Source: Ruminococcus flavefaciens | GTDB lineage: Bacteria > Bacillota > Clostridia > Oscillospirales > Ruminococcaceae | DNA: 38,776 bases | Assembly: GCA_902780115.1 (NCBI GenBank) | Contig: CACZEJ010000001.1 | Location: 1 to 38,776 of the forward strand | Reading direction: 5' to 3' | Program-made: the position numbers and the translations under genes | The notes under the pieces: model-generated | What the model was told of the DNA's origin: nothing | Database searches by the model: none | The model's input: the letters and a program-made list of their open reading frames with translations, nothing else | Part shown: positions 8,291 to 17,799 of the stretch, piece after piece | Layout of the letters: each line of letters begins with the position of its first letter | Position numbering within the stretch: position 1 is the first letter of the stretch

Positions 8291-8319
8291 TTGATTTTAA
8301 CTGAAATTATAGCTATAAT
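8291..8319 (+). promoter_or_regulatory. SigA promoter of the GH26 gene
   Basis: TTGATT-17 bp-TATAAT; hairpin TTCACCGC/GCGGTGAA (8329-8347) near the predicted 5' end. Confidence 0.65.
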
Positions 8320-8395
8320 TAAAGTGAATTCACCGCTCGGCGGTGAACTGGAAATGTTTGTAAATCAAATTTGCCATTTCAGGAGGATATTAAAA

Positions 8396-10639
8396 ATGGG
8401 AAAAAATTTATTCAAAAAGGCAGGAGCTGCGCTCATGTCAGCGGCAATGATGCTGAATGGCGCGGTCTACAGCTCGTCAACGGTCATCGCGGCAGACGCA
8501 CCGCAGAAGATCGAGTTCGAGGACGCTAAGGTGACTGGCACTATCACTGTTGAGAAAGATACCAATGCAAGCGGCGGTTCAGCTCTGAAAATGACCGACA
8601 GCGGAACTATCGAGCTCAAGGTAACTGTGGACAAGTCAGGTCCGTACAAGCTGACCTTCTATGTATTCGGTATCGGAACCGACAAGCAGCAGAATCTCAG
8701 CATCAACGGCGTTTCACAGGGCGCACTGGGAATCCCCGAGGGCAGCGACTACAAGGCAGTTACACTCTCCTCGATAATGCTCAAAGAGGGCGAGAACACC
8801 ATAACTATCGAGAAATCATGGGGCTGGTCACAGTTCGATTATCTCGAAGTCGCAAGCATGGATAACCTTACTATCAAGGCAACACAGACAACTCCCTGCG
8901 ATCAGCTGGCAACAGTGGAGACACAGAGCCTTATGGCTTACCTTGCGGAAAACTACGGCAAGCACATAATCTCGGGTCAGCAGGAGATATACAGCGGCGG
9001 TCCTCACGGACTTGAGACAGAGTTCGAGTACCTGAAGGAAACTACAGGACACTATCCTGCTATCCGCGGCTTTGACTACGGCAATTTCTGCTGTCCGCTC
9101 TACGGCAGCGACGACGGCTCAACAGACCGTATCATCGACTGGGTAAAGAATAAGGGCGGAATCGCAACTGCTTCTTATCATATAAACGTTCCGAAGGATT
9201 TTGCAAACTATACCATCGGAACAAAGATGGACTGGTCGCTTTCGACCTACGGCGCGAAGGATACTGACTTCTCACCTTCAAAGGCTGCAACTCCGGGCAC
9301 AAAGGAGAACGAGTACTATCTTTCCACACTGAAAACTCTTGCCAAGGAGTTCAATAAGCTCGAAGCAGAGGGTATCCCTGTTATCTGGAGACCTCTCCAC
9401 GAGGCTGAAGGCGGCGGCGGAGAGAAGGAGTCATGGTTCTGGTGGGGCAGAGAGGGCTCGGAAGCTTACAAGAAGCTCTGGATATACACCTACAATACCC
9501 TGACCAACGATCTCAATTGCCATAACCTCATCTGGGAGTGGAACAGCTACAACTACGCTAATTCCACAAACTGGTATCCAGGTGATGCATATGTAGATAT
9601 AATCGGATACGATAAGTACAACTGTACTGTATACCTTGAGGAGAACGGCTGGCAGCCTTCTCTCAAACATGACGACAGCGCTATAAGCTCCACATTCTAC
9701 GGACTCATCGACAAGTATGACGGTAAGAAAATGGTAGCTATGGCTGAGAACGACTGCTTCTCAACAGTTGAGAACCTTACATCTGAGAATGCAGGCTGGC
9801 TCTATTTCTGTACATGGTATGACGGCGGAAGCGATAATAACAACTTCCTTACGAATCCGATATTCAATACCAAGGAAGATACGATCGCAATGTATCAGAG
9901 CGAATACTGTATCACTCTTGATGAGCTTCCGAAGGATCTTTACAAAAAGGAAGGCATAACACCTCCCGATCCTTCAAAGACAACAACTACTACCACGACG
10001 ACTTCCGACCCGAATGTGACAACTACCACAGCTGCTTACGAGTTCGAGGTACAGAAGAAGTCGGTTACTATCCCTGCAAAGCCTGAAAATGCATTAGGCA
10101 AGCAGATGGTCATTGATATAACAGGTGCTCCGAGCGCATCTATCGGCGGAGCTGTCGGCTACGGCACAACTGCTGACGACTGGAAGAATATCGAGTGGAA
10201 GGGCAATGCTGACAAGGACGGAAAGCTGGAAGTTGTCGTTGATATCAGCGATATGCCTGACTCGTTCAAGACCTGCGAGGTACAGGTATGGTGGTCGAAT
10301 GTATGGAATGCCGCAACAGAAAAGGCTATCGACAAGCCGTACAAGATAGAAAGCTGCAAAGTTGAATACCTCATGGGCGGCGACGTTCTTGAAGCAACTA
10401 TGTGGGGAGATGCAAACTGCGACAACAGCTTGGATATGGCTGACGTAGTTATGATAATGCAGTCTCTTGCAAATCCTGACAAGTATGGTCTGAACGGTGA
10501 TGACGAGCACCATATCACAGAGCAGGGACTTGCCAATGCGGACGTTGATAAGACCCTGAAGGGCGTAACATCAAATGATTCGCTGAAGATACAGGAGTTC
10601 CTCCTCGGCAAGATAAAGACACTTGCACCTGAAAAGTAA
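8396..10639 (+). CDS. Cellulosomal beta-mannanase: signal peptide, CBM35, GH26, Thr linker, unassigned module, dockerin
   Basis: Start moved to ATG 8396 (AGGAGG RBS, signal peptide MGKNLFKK...); CBM35-like WGWSQFDY; GH26 WRPLHEAEG, WFWWG, YPGD.YVDIIGYD, MVAMAEND; dockerin GDANCD...NADVD. Confidence 0.92.
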   Translation: MGKNLFKKAGAALMSAAMMLNGAVYSSSTVIAADAPQKIEFEDAKVTGTITVEKDTNASGGSALKMTDSGTIELKVTVDKSGPYKLTFYVFGIGTDKQQNLSINGVSQGALGIPEGSDYKAVTLSSIMLKEGENTITIEKSWGWSQFDYLEVASMDNLTIKATQTTPCDQLATVETQSLMAYLAENYGKHIISGQQEIYSGGPHGLETEFEYLKETTGHYPAIRGFDYGNFCCPLYGSDDGSTDRIIDWVKNKGGIATASYHINVPKDFANYTIGTKMDWSLSTYGAKDTDFSPSKAATPGTKENEYYLSTLKTLAKEFNKLEAEGIPVIWRPLHEAEGGGGEKESWFWWGREGSEAYKKLWIYTYNTLTNDLNCHNLIWEWNSYNYANSTNWYPGDAYVDIIGYDKYNCTVYLEENGWQPSLKHDDSAISSTFYGLIDKYDGKKMVAMAENDCFSTVENLTSENAGWLYFCTWYDGGSDNNNFLTNPIFNTKEDTIAMYQSEYCITLDELPKDLYKKEGITPPDPSKTTTTTTTTSDPNVTTTTAAYEFEVQKKSVTIPAKPENALGKQMVIDITGAPSASIGGAVGYGTTADDWKNIEWKGNADKDGKLEVVVDISDMPDSFKTCEVQVWWSNVWNAATEKAIDKPYKIESCKVEYLMGGDVLEATMWGDANCDNSLDMADVVMIMQSLANPDKYGLNGDDEHHITEQGLANADVDKTLKGVTSNDSLKIQEFLLGKIKTLAPEK

Positions 10640-10643
10640 TGAA

Positions 10644-10782
10644 AAAAGCTGCACATTAATGGCGATACTCATATCGAAACTTTACATGGGATTATCGGGG
10701 GAAACCTTTCTGAGGAAAGGTTTCCCCCTCAATATTTTACGTAAAAACTTCTGTAATAGAACCGTGCTTATGTGCAGCTTTT
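10644..10782. repeat. Nested palindromic intergenic element
   Basis: 13-bp perfect IR AAAAGCTGCACAT (10644-10656)/ATGTGCAGCTTTT (10770-10782) enclosing a central 14-bp-stem hairpin at 10697-10728. Confidence 0.65.
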
Positions 10783-10802
10783 AGCGGAACGAATATACAT
10801 AA

Positions 10803-10830
10803 AAAGGGGCGATGTCAACATCGCCCCTTT
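10803..10830. terminator. Intrinsic terminator
   Basis: AAAGGGGCGATGT/ACATCGCCCCTTT stem with flanking A/T runs, downstream of the 10859 stop. Confidence 0.8.
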
Positions 10831-10858
10831 GTGTCTTTTTTATATGGCAGAAGCTTTA

Positions 10859-11455
10859 TTACCTCTCTGCCATTCTTGCCTTTATGTAATCTTCGAGCAG
10901 ATCGACAGTACCGTCGATGCCAAGGCGTGAGCTGTTTACGCTGAGATCATAGAGTCTTGAATCGCCCCAGTGACCTTCACAGTGATAGTTGTGGTAGCGC
11001 TTTCTCTTGCGGTCCTTTTTATCAATAAAAGCCTTAGCCTTGTCCTCGGTGAGCTCGTAAACGTTCATGACACGCTTGACCTTTTCGCTCATATCGCCGA
11101 GAACGAACAGCGAAACGAGACACTTGAAGTCGCGGAGCTTTGTTTCTGAGCAGCGTCCGACAACCACGAAGGATTCGCCGCTTGCAGCCTTTTCTCTCAG
11201 AAATTTGAACTGCATCTCGGCAATATTGTCCTCGATGGAGTTGCTGTAGCCGTTTACGCGGCGTGAGAGCAGGTGGTTCTTTGGCTTTTCGTTGTATTTT
11301 TCGATCTCTTCGGGAGTAAGTCCTGTTTTATTAGCTATCTCGGTAATGAGATGACGGTCGTAGATAGGAATATTGAAGCGATTAGCGAGAGCCTCTGCGA
11401 TAACACGACCGCCGCTTCCGAATTCACGACCTACAGAAATAATGACCTGTGACAT
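10859..11455 (-). CDS. Cytidylate kinase-like family protein (Cytidylate_kin2)
   Basis: ISVGREFGSGG P-loop-like motif, VVVGRC, D..R..Y, WGD...YDL.VNSS.LG; GGAGG RBS. Confidence 0.9.
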   Translation of the reverse strand: MSQVIISVGREFGSGGRVIAEALANRFNIPIYDRHLITEIANKTGLTPEEIEKYNEKPKNHLLSRRVNGYSNSIEDNIAEMQFKFLREKAASGESFVVVGRCSETKLRDFKCLVSLFVLGDMSEKVKRVMNVYELTEDKAKAFIDKKDRKRKRYHNYHCEGHWGDSRLYDLSVNSSRLGIDGTVDLLEDYIKARMAER

Positions 11456-11528
11456 ACGTATTCCTCCTTTTGATGATATCTCATGATAATAGATTATAAC
11501 ACATATTGGTTAAAAAATCAATATGTTA

Positions 11529-12881
11529 TCAAAGATATCGTACAAACAGGTAAACTGTTGAAATAGCGAGAACTATAACTGTAGCAGGAGCGATCTTCTT
11601 GCAGTATCTGCCCCAGCCGATAGGATAGCCGTTTTTCTGAGCAACGGAAGTTCCCACAACGTTTGCGGACGCACCGATAGGAGTAGCGCTTCCGCCGATG
11701 TCGGTACCAATAGCGAGCGACCATGCGAGAGTTGATATCGGAACGCCTGAAGTCTCGGAAAGGCTCTGAATGATAGGCACCATAGTAGCAGCGAACGGGA
11801 TATTGTCCACGAAAGCGCTTGCGATAGCGGATACCCAGAGGATAATAGCGATCATGAGTTTGATGTTGCCGCCGCTGATGTCACCGATGAAGTTAGCGAT
11901 GAGCTTGAGTATGCCTGTTTCTTCAAGACCGCTTACAACGATAAACAGACCGATGAAGAATATGAGTGTTTTATAGTCAACTTTTTTGAGAAGTGAAATA
12001 GCGTGTTTGCCAAAAGCGATAAGGGTGATAACTGCGATGAAAAGACCGATAGTCGCAACTGTAAGATGAGTTGTAGCGTGTGTAACGAGAAGTAATACAG
12101 CGAGTGCGAAGATGATACAGCTTATAGTGAAGTCTTTTTTGCTTGTGATAGCCTCAGAAGGCTTAGGGAACTTGCTCATATCCACGGGAGCGCTGCTGTT
12201 GCTTACGAGCTCCTTGCGGAAAGCGAAATACAGGAATAAAACTGATACCACGAGGCATATGCCTGCGCAGAGACCTGTATTTGTAAGGAAGTCGAAGAAT
12301 GAGAATCCCAATGAAGTACCAACGATGATATTCGGCGGGTCACCGCACATTGTAGCCGAACCGCCCAGGTTTGCGCAGAATATCTCAGAGAGTATCATAG
12401 GAACGGGATTGAACTTGAGCAGTGAAGCGAGCTCGATAGTAACTGCTGCAAGGAACATGATAACGGTGATACTGTCGATGAACATCGAGAGAACTGCTGC
12501 CATTATCATGAAAGTGATGAATATAGGCACTGTCTTACACTTAACGAGATAAGCGATCTTCATGCAGAGCCAGCGGAAGAATCCGGCTTTTGCCATACCT
12601 TCTACCATGACCATCATGCCTGCGATGAAGATGATAGTTGCCCAGTTTATACCTTTGCTTTCGCTTTCAGTGACCTGATACCAGAAGTCCTTGGTAGCGA
12701 AGCTTTTGAAAGCAAGGGTGTCCATTATCGCCGAGCCGTTGCGCATACAAATGCCGAAAACGACCACGAGAGTCAGGAGACCGCTGCCGAGAGTAACATA
12801 GTGCCTTTCGATCTTGTCGAGAACGATCATAACGAACATTCCGACGAAGATAACGACGGCGAAAATCTGTGCTGCTGTCAT
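11529..12881 (-). CDS. ArsB/NhaD/SLC13-type (IT superfamily) anion permease
   Basis: Start moved to ATG 12881 (GGAGGT RBS); ANLGGSATMCGDPPNII, SAFVDNIP, GG.ATPIGASAN. Confidence 0.9.
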   Translation of the reverse strand: MTAAQIFAVVIFVGMFVMIVLDKIERHYVTLGSGLLTLVVVFGICMRNGSAIMDTLAFKSFATKDFWYQVTESESKGINWATIIFIAGMMVMVEGMAKAGFFRWLCMKIAYLVKCKTVPIFITFMIMAAVLSMFIDSITVIMFLAAVTIELASLLKFNPVPMILSEIFCANLGGSATMCGDPPNIIVGTSLGFSFFDFLTNTGLCAGICLVVSVLFLYFAFRKELVSNSSAPVDMSKFPKPSEAITSKKDFTISCIIFALAVLLLVTHATTHLTVATIGLFIAVITLIAFGKHAISLLKKVDYKTLIFFIGLFIVVSGLEETGILKLIANFIGDISGGNIKLMIAIILWVSAIASAFVDNIPFAATMVPIIQSLSETSGVPISTLAWSLAIGTDIGGSATPIGASANVVGTSVAQKNGYPIGWGRYCKKIAPATVIVLAISTVYLFVRYL

Positions 12882-13083
12882 ATTAACCTCCGAAAACAAG
12901 CGGAAACTATCCGCGAAATAATTTACCCTATTAAATAGGTAAACACACCATTCCGAATTATAGCACAAACCATAGTCGAATTCAAGGCAATTTTTGTTTT
13001 TTTCAGAGAAATGCGAAAATTTGGACAAGCTGAGATAAATTGTCAAATAAGGTGTAAATTTTTGTTGAGACTGTCGAGGGGTA

Positions 13084-13112
13084 TTGCAATATCAGGAGAT
13101 ATGTGATATAAT
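13084..13112 (+). promoter_or_regulatory. SigA promoter of the Ca2+/Na+ antiporter gene
   Basis: TTGCAA-17 bp-TATAAT with TGn extended -10. Confidence 0.7.
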
Positions 13113-13189
13113 AATAAAAGCAGAAAGAATAAAAGAACTTGTAACAAGTTCTCCTGAACTTGTTAAGCGGCTGTTAGGAGATTTTTTAA

Positions 13190-14128
13190 ATGCTGAAATA
13201 TTTATTACTTATCGGTGGATTTGTTTTGCTCATCAAGGGAGCGGATTATTTTGTTGACGGAAGCTCATCGGTAGCCAAGCGTCTGAAAGTACCTGCGCTT
13301 ATCATTGGTATGACAATTGTTGCTATGGGTACGAGCCTGCCCGAGACTTCGGTAAGCGTCAGTGCTTCATTGGCAGGAAAGAACGATCTTGCCATAAGCA
13401 ACGCCGTGGGCTCGAATATATTCAACCTTATGGTGGTATGCGGAGTATGTGCACTGCTGTGTCCTATGGCAGTCGGGAAGGAAACTCTGAAAAAAGACCT
13501 GCCATTTTCTATGGGAGCGGCAGGAGTGCTTCTCGGACTTGGCGCATTCACAGGCAAGGTCGAAAGATGGGGCGGTATCGTGCTCCTTGTGCTTTTTGCA
13601 TTTTTCCTGTATATGATGATAAGCTCTGCGCGAAAGGCGAGAGAAAACGACCCTGAATTCGTAACGGACGAGTACAAAGTCCTTCCCATGTGGAAGTGTC
13701 TGCTGTTTATCTTCGGAGGAGCGGCTGCCATTGCAGTGGGCGGAAAAATGGTAGTTGAGGGCGCATCTGATATAGCCCGTGCGTTCGGAATGTCGGACAA
13801 CCTTATCGGTATGACGGTAGTGGCTCTCGGTACGAGCCTGCCCGAGCTTGTAACGTCGATAGTTGCGGCACGAAAGGGCGAGGTGGATATGGCTCTCGGA
13901 AACGTAGTCGGCTCAAATATATTCAATATCCTCTTTGTACTTGGCATAGCAGCGACAATATCGCCTATCGGCTTCACTGTGAATAATGCCATAGATACGG
14001 CAGTTCTTGTTGCTATGAGCCTTATGGTGCTTCTTATGTGCATACCGCAGAAAAAGATGCTCCGCTGGCACGGAGCGACGATGCTTGCAGTATATGCAGG
14101 GTATACCACATATATATTCATGAGATAA
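13190..14128 (+). CDS. Calcium/sodium antiporter (YrbG family)
   Basis: Two alpha-repeats GTSLPE...GSNIFN; about 10 TM segments. Confidence 0.95.
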   Translation: MLKYLLLIGGFVLLIKGADYFVDGSSSVAKRLKVPALIIGMTIVAMGTSLPETSVSVSASLAGKNDLAISNAVGSNIFNLMVVCGVCALLCPMAVGKETLKKDLPFSMGAAGVLLGLGAFTGKVERWGGIVLLVLFAFFLYMMISSARKARENDPEFVTDEYKVLPMWKCLLFIFGGAAAIAVGGKMVVEGASDIARAFGMSDNLIGMTVVALGTSLPELVTSIVAARKGEVDMALGNVVGSNIFNILFVLGIAATISPIGFTVNNAIDTAVLVAMSLMVLLMCIPQKKMLRWHGATMLAVYAGYTTYIFMR

Positions 14129-14149
14129 TGATTAAGGAAAGGGATTATT

Positions 14150-14497
14150 ATGACCTGTAAACATTGCGGTGCGTCTATATCCGAGTATGATATCCAGTGC
14201 CCGTACTGCGATTCATATGTAGATCATGGTTTTGAAGAATGGAAATATGAAAATGAACCTGAGGATACACATGAGAGTTATTCTCCGCGTGTAAGAGGAA
14301 GAAATTACGATCCTCAATATGATAAGGTGAATCCTGTATTTCTGATTTTTTCTTTTTTTCCTTTAATAGGAACTGTTCTGGGAGCAATATTGATCGCATC
14401 AGGCTATAAAAAAAGCGGTACGGTATATTTGCTGATATCATTGTGTGTATATATTGCACCTATCCTATTTGCAATAATCTGCATGATCATAACATAA
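14150..14497 (+). CDS. Small zinc-ribbon membrane protein
   Basis: CKHC...CPYC at the N-terminus, two C-terminal TM helices; AT-rich. Confidence 0.75.
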   Translation: MTCKHCGASISEYDIQCPYCDSYVDHGFEEWKYENEPEDTHESYSPRVRGRNYDPQYDKVNPVFLIFSFFPLIGTVLGAILIASGYKKSGTVYLLISLCVYIAPILFAIICMIIT

Positions 14498-14501
14498 AAG
14501 T

Positions 14502-14525
14502 GCCCGTGAGCAATTGCTCACGGGC
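14502..14525. terminator. Bidirectional terminator
   Basis: Perfect 24-bp palindrome GCCCGTGAGCAATTGCTCACGGGC between convergent genes. Confidence 0.8.
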
Positions 14526-14537
14526 TTTGTTATTGCA

Positions 14538-16979
14538 TCAGAATGTGAGTTCGTCTGTGATCTCGAGTGTGCTTATCTCAGCAGCAATGAATTTATTGCT
14601 TGAAAGTGTATATACATAGTCGCCTATATATAAAGCTCTGTTATAATGAGATATGATATTATAATCCTCCCAGCCGTTGACAGAGGTGGAGATATCGCCG
14701 ATCTCGACGAATTTTCCGTCCTCGAATCGGAAGAATACGTACTGATATACGGCTGAATATTCAGAGTTATAGTCGTTGTCGTAAGAATACGTATCTTTTG
14801 TTATCGGAACGCCTATGAGATTCTTTTCGGGAGCGATGAGGAGCGCCTTTCTCTCGTATGTTGCTTCCGAGCTGTAATAGCTCTCGGACTGGTTTCTTAT
14901 ATCATCTTCTAAGAAATACTGACTGTTCCATGTGAATACATCTGCTGCCTTGAGATTGTTGGGGTCAGAGTTGTCGAACATAGTCAGTCTCAGACCGGAT
15001 ATCCTGCCGTTGTCGTCAGCGTCCTGACCGAAGCCGAGGAGAAGACCGTCGCCCCATGGCTGCATATATGTGCTGAATCCGTTTATCTTGAATTCATCGA
15101 GAACTACAGGATTCTGCGGATCGCTGAGGTCAACAGCGTAGAGCGGATCGGTCTGGCGGAATGTAACAACGTAAGCCATATTGCCGCTGAAGCTTGCTGA
15201 TTTGAGCTGCTCGCCAACACCGAGTTCGCCGACGCTTCCGACGATATTCATATCCATGTCGAGAACGTACACACGGGTATCGGTCTTGATGGTGTTGTAT
15301 GTGTAGTAGCCTTCTTCATCGTCGTTACTAACTATGCTGTTCCATACTCCCTCGAAGAAGCCGTAATCGTAGTCGTCATCGGAGTACTTGTGGAATACCT
15401 TTTCAGTCTCGGTATAAGTAGCAGCAACGCGGAAATAGCCGTCATACTCGCTCATGGAGAACTGATCCTTGATGCTTCCCTGCACAGTACCGCCTGCCAT
15501 TGGGACGATATCTCCGCCCTTAATGGAAATACGTGTGATGTCAGAGGTATTGTCATCGTTCCATGAGTACGAAGCGGAATAGAGATTGTCGGCTGAACAG
15601 TAGATGCTGCCAGTATAACCTGCGAGGGACTTGATATCATAAGACTTTGGTGCGCCCGACTCATTGAGGTCAATGCTTCCGATGACTGTATAAGGCAGAT
15701 TATAGCCGTTTTCACAGAATCCGTTGACATCATCTGCCGGGAGGAGGATATCCTCGGCGGGTATGAGTTTGACATCATCTCGGCAGCCATAGCTTGGGAT
15801 ATATCTATTCTCGTTGCCTGAGTTTTCGATGTTGTCGAAGGAATAGCTGGTATAGTCGGACAGAAGGAGCATATATCCGTCGGGAGAGATCCTCACGTCG
15901 TCATAGGAGCCGTCCTGAGTGTATACATCTATAAGCTCCGGCTGATCGCCTGTAGTATAGAACGCAACAAATGTTGAGCCGTTGCATGAGCCGCAGAAAT
16001 CGCTGTTGCTGTATGAGTAGATTGAGGTGTAGTCAGTGCCGATAATAGCGATCATATCGTTATAGATGTACATATCATTAACGGTAATGGTGTATTCCTC
16101 AGCATTTTTGTTTATGTCGCTCTTGAGATCGACTGAGCTTTGGCTCGTGAACTTGCCGTCCTTGACGTTTGCGACGCGGAGAACAGGGGAGTTATATTTA
16201 CCTTTCATATCGTTGCCGAGGTAGTAGATATGCTTTCCGTCAGTTTTGACGATATCAGCTTCGAGAACGTCCTGCTCCTGATAGTAGGTATCGGAGTGCT
16301 CGGGATCTTTCTCGGCTTCGGTCGTCGGTTCCGTTTCAGCTTCTGTGGTGGGTTCCGTAGCAGTCTCGGTGACAGGCTCTGTGGTTTTCTCATCATCGGA
16401 AGTTGATATTACAGGTACCTCAGGCTCTATCTCGCCGCTGCCACCTAAACCTGCGTTGCTTGAATACTCGCCACCGTTTGTTTTCGGTACATCAACTTCT
16501 TCGTCAGCTGAGTCGGGCATTGCTTCTTCTACGGCAAAATTGCTTTTTGTCATGGCTCCGTAGGTCTTTGCATCGGCTTTTTTTGCCTTTTTATTAGCTT
16601 CCTCGAACATATTGTATATCTGTTCGTAGCTTTCAGCACCGTTCATATAGCTGAACTTCTTTGTTTCAGACTTCTCGGGCTTTGCTTCCGGCGTTCTGAC
16701 ATCTTGCTTTGTAGTGGGCTCGATGACGGGATTATCATATGATTTATTTATCTTTCCGTTGTTCCAGTTATAAGCGGCAGTACCGCCGATCACTGCACAG
16801 GCTGCCGCAGCCGCGGTTATACGGCTGACAGCGATGCCCTTTCTCTTTTTCTTCGGAGCTTCATTGTCCAGCATTATTTTTATATTCTCAGGTTTGAGCC
16901 TGTCGGGAACAGGTTCTGAATTCATCTGCTCTCTGAGCTTGTCATCATTTTTCATGTTCATTCTCCTTTCGTGGCTCAT
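14538..16979 (-). CDS. Membrane-anchored beta-propeller domain protein (Beta_propel family), probable anti-sigma partner
   Basis: Short basic N-terminus then one TM; QEQDVLEADIVKTDGKHIY, DQFSMSEY.GYFRVAAT, YVVTFRQTDPLYAVDLSDP, GFSTYM; ATGA overlap with the sigma gene (alternative start 16955 with AGGAG). Confidence 0.85.
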   Translation of the reverse strand: MSHERRMNMKNDDKLREQMNSEPVPDRLKPENIKIMLDNEAPKKKRKGIAVSRITAAAAACAVIGGTAAYNWNNGKINKSYDNPVIEPTTKQDVRTPEAKPEKSETKKFSYMNGAESYEQIYNMFEEANKKAKKADAKTYGAMTKSNFAVEEAMPDSADEEVDVPKTNGGEYSSNAGLGGSGEIEPEVPVISTSDDEKTTEPVTETATEPTTEAETEPTTEAEKDPEHSDTYYQEQDVLEADIVKTDGKHIYYLGNDMKGKYNSPVLRVANVKDGKFTSQSSVDLKSDINKNAEEYTITVNDMYIYNDMIAIIGTDYTSIYSYSNSDFCGSCNGSTFVAFYTTGDQPELIDVYTQDGSYDDVRISPDGYMLLLSDYTSYSFDNIENSGNENRYIPSYGCRDDVKLIPAEDILLPADDVNGFCENGYNLPYTVIGSIDLNESGAPKSYDIKSLAGYTGSIYCSADNLYSASYSWNDDNTSDITRISIKGGDIVPMAGGTVQGSIKDQFSMSEYDGYFRVAATYTETEKVFHKYSDDDYDYGFFEGVWNSIVSNDDEEGYYTYNTIKTDTRVYVLDMDMNIVGSVGELGVGEQLKSASFSGNMAYVVTFRQTDPLYAVDLSDPQNPVVLDEFKINGFSTYMQPWGDGLLLGFGQDADDNGRISGLRLTMFDNSDPNNLKAADVFTWNSQYFLEDDIRNQSESYYSSEATYERKALLIAPEKNLIGVPITKDTYSYDNDYNSEYSAVYQYVFFRFEDGKFVEIGDISTSVNGWEDYNIISHYNRALYIGDYVYTLSSNKFIAAEISTLEITDELTF

Positions 16980-17485
16980 AATTCAGGGGTGAGTTCAAGC
17001 CGCAGCCGCTGCTTTATACGTGTGAGCTTTGAACGGACTGTGCTTGGTTTGATACCGCAAAGTGCTGATATCTCATCGCTTGAATAGCCGCCCAGGACTG
17101 ACATTGACAGCAGCAGCCTTGACTCGCTGTCGAGCCGGTCAACAGCCTCTCTCAGCTCCACTGATTCAAAGCTGAAGTTCTCACTGAGGGGAGAATCTTC
17201 GTTCAGCTCATCATTGGGCTCGAAGTAAGAGCGCTGTTTGCGTTTTATCTTTGCTGCAAGTATCGTCATTATCCAGCTGCGGAATTTTTCAGGCTTGCGT
17301 AATTTCTTGATTGAGCAGAAAGCGTCCATAACGGTATCGCTTACAGCATCAGCAGCATCGTGGGAGTTTCGCAGGCTATACAGCGCAATATGATAAAGGT
17401 CTTCATAAACGGTGGAGTATAGTCTTGCGAAAGCATCGGTGCTGCCTTCCCGCGCGAGTTGTACGTCTGCGGAGTAGTCGATCAT
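16976..17485 (-). CDS. ECF RNA polymerase sigma factor
   Basis: 169 aa; region 2 DAADAVSDT...FRSWI, region 4 GYSSDEIS...TVRSKL.R; AAGGAGG RBS. Confidence 0.93.
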   Translation of the reverse strand: MIDYSADVQLAREGSTDAFARLYSTVYEDLYHIALYSLRNSHDAADAVSDTVMDAFCSIKKLRKPEKFRSWIMTILAAKIKRKQRSYFEPNDELNEDSPLSENFSFESVELREAVDRLDSESRLLLSMSVLGGYSSDEISALCGIKPSTVRSKLTRIKQRLRLELTPEL

Positions 17486-17669
17486 GCGAATCCCTCCTTT
17501 GAATCCGAATTCATAACATAAGTGTCGTCAGGTGTACAAATTGCTGCACAGGAAAAATAAAATCGGCAAGGTGCACAATGAGCAGATGCAACAATTGTAA
17601 GATATAACAGCATATAAATATTCAACCCACAAAAATGAGGTTCTGGTGGAAAAAATGCAGAAAAGTTCA

Positions 17670-17698
17670 TTGACAATTCTTAATAAATCATGTATAAT
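17670..17698 (+). promoter_or_regulatory. SigA promoter of the hybrid regulator
   Basis: Perfect TTGACA-17 bp-TATAAT. Confidence 0.8.
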
Positions 17699-17799
17699 AA
17701 ATGTAACTTCTATTGATGCAGCCGTTTTATCAGGAGTTTAATTTAATAGGCAGCAAATTACATTTTTACGGCTAAGCAAAAAAACAGGGGTGGGAAAAC

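Noticed and set aside
8240-8395. ORF-track N-terminal extensions (GH26 from 8240; also 13046, 20728 and 24421 for other genes)
   Set aside because: They overlap promoters or AT-rich intergenic DNA; downstream ATGs have better RBS or signal-peptide context.
13246-14121. Long antisense ORFs (for example 13246-14121, 493-1056, 6466-7203, 19063-19791, 36762-37541)
   Set aside because: Shadow frames opposite well-supported genes, with no recognisable motifs.
17530-17580. Recurring TGT[A/G]CA-like words upstream of the sigma, GH26 and pectinase genes
   Set aside because: Short, variable in spacing, and expected by chance; not supportable without genome-wide statistics.
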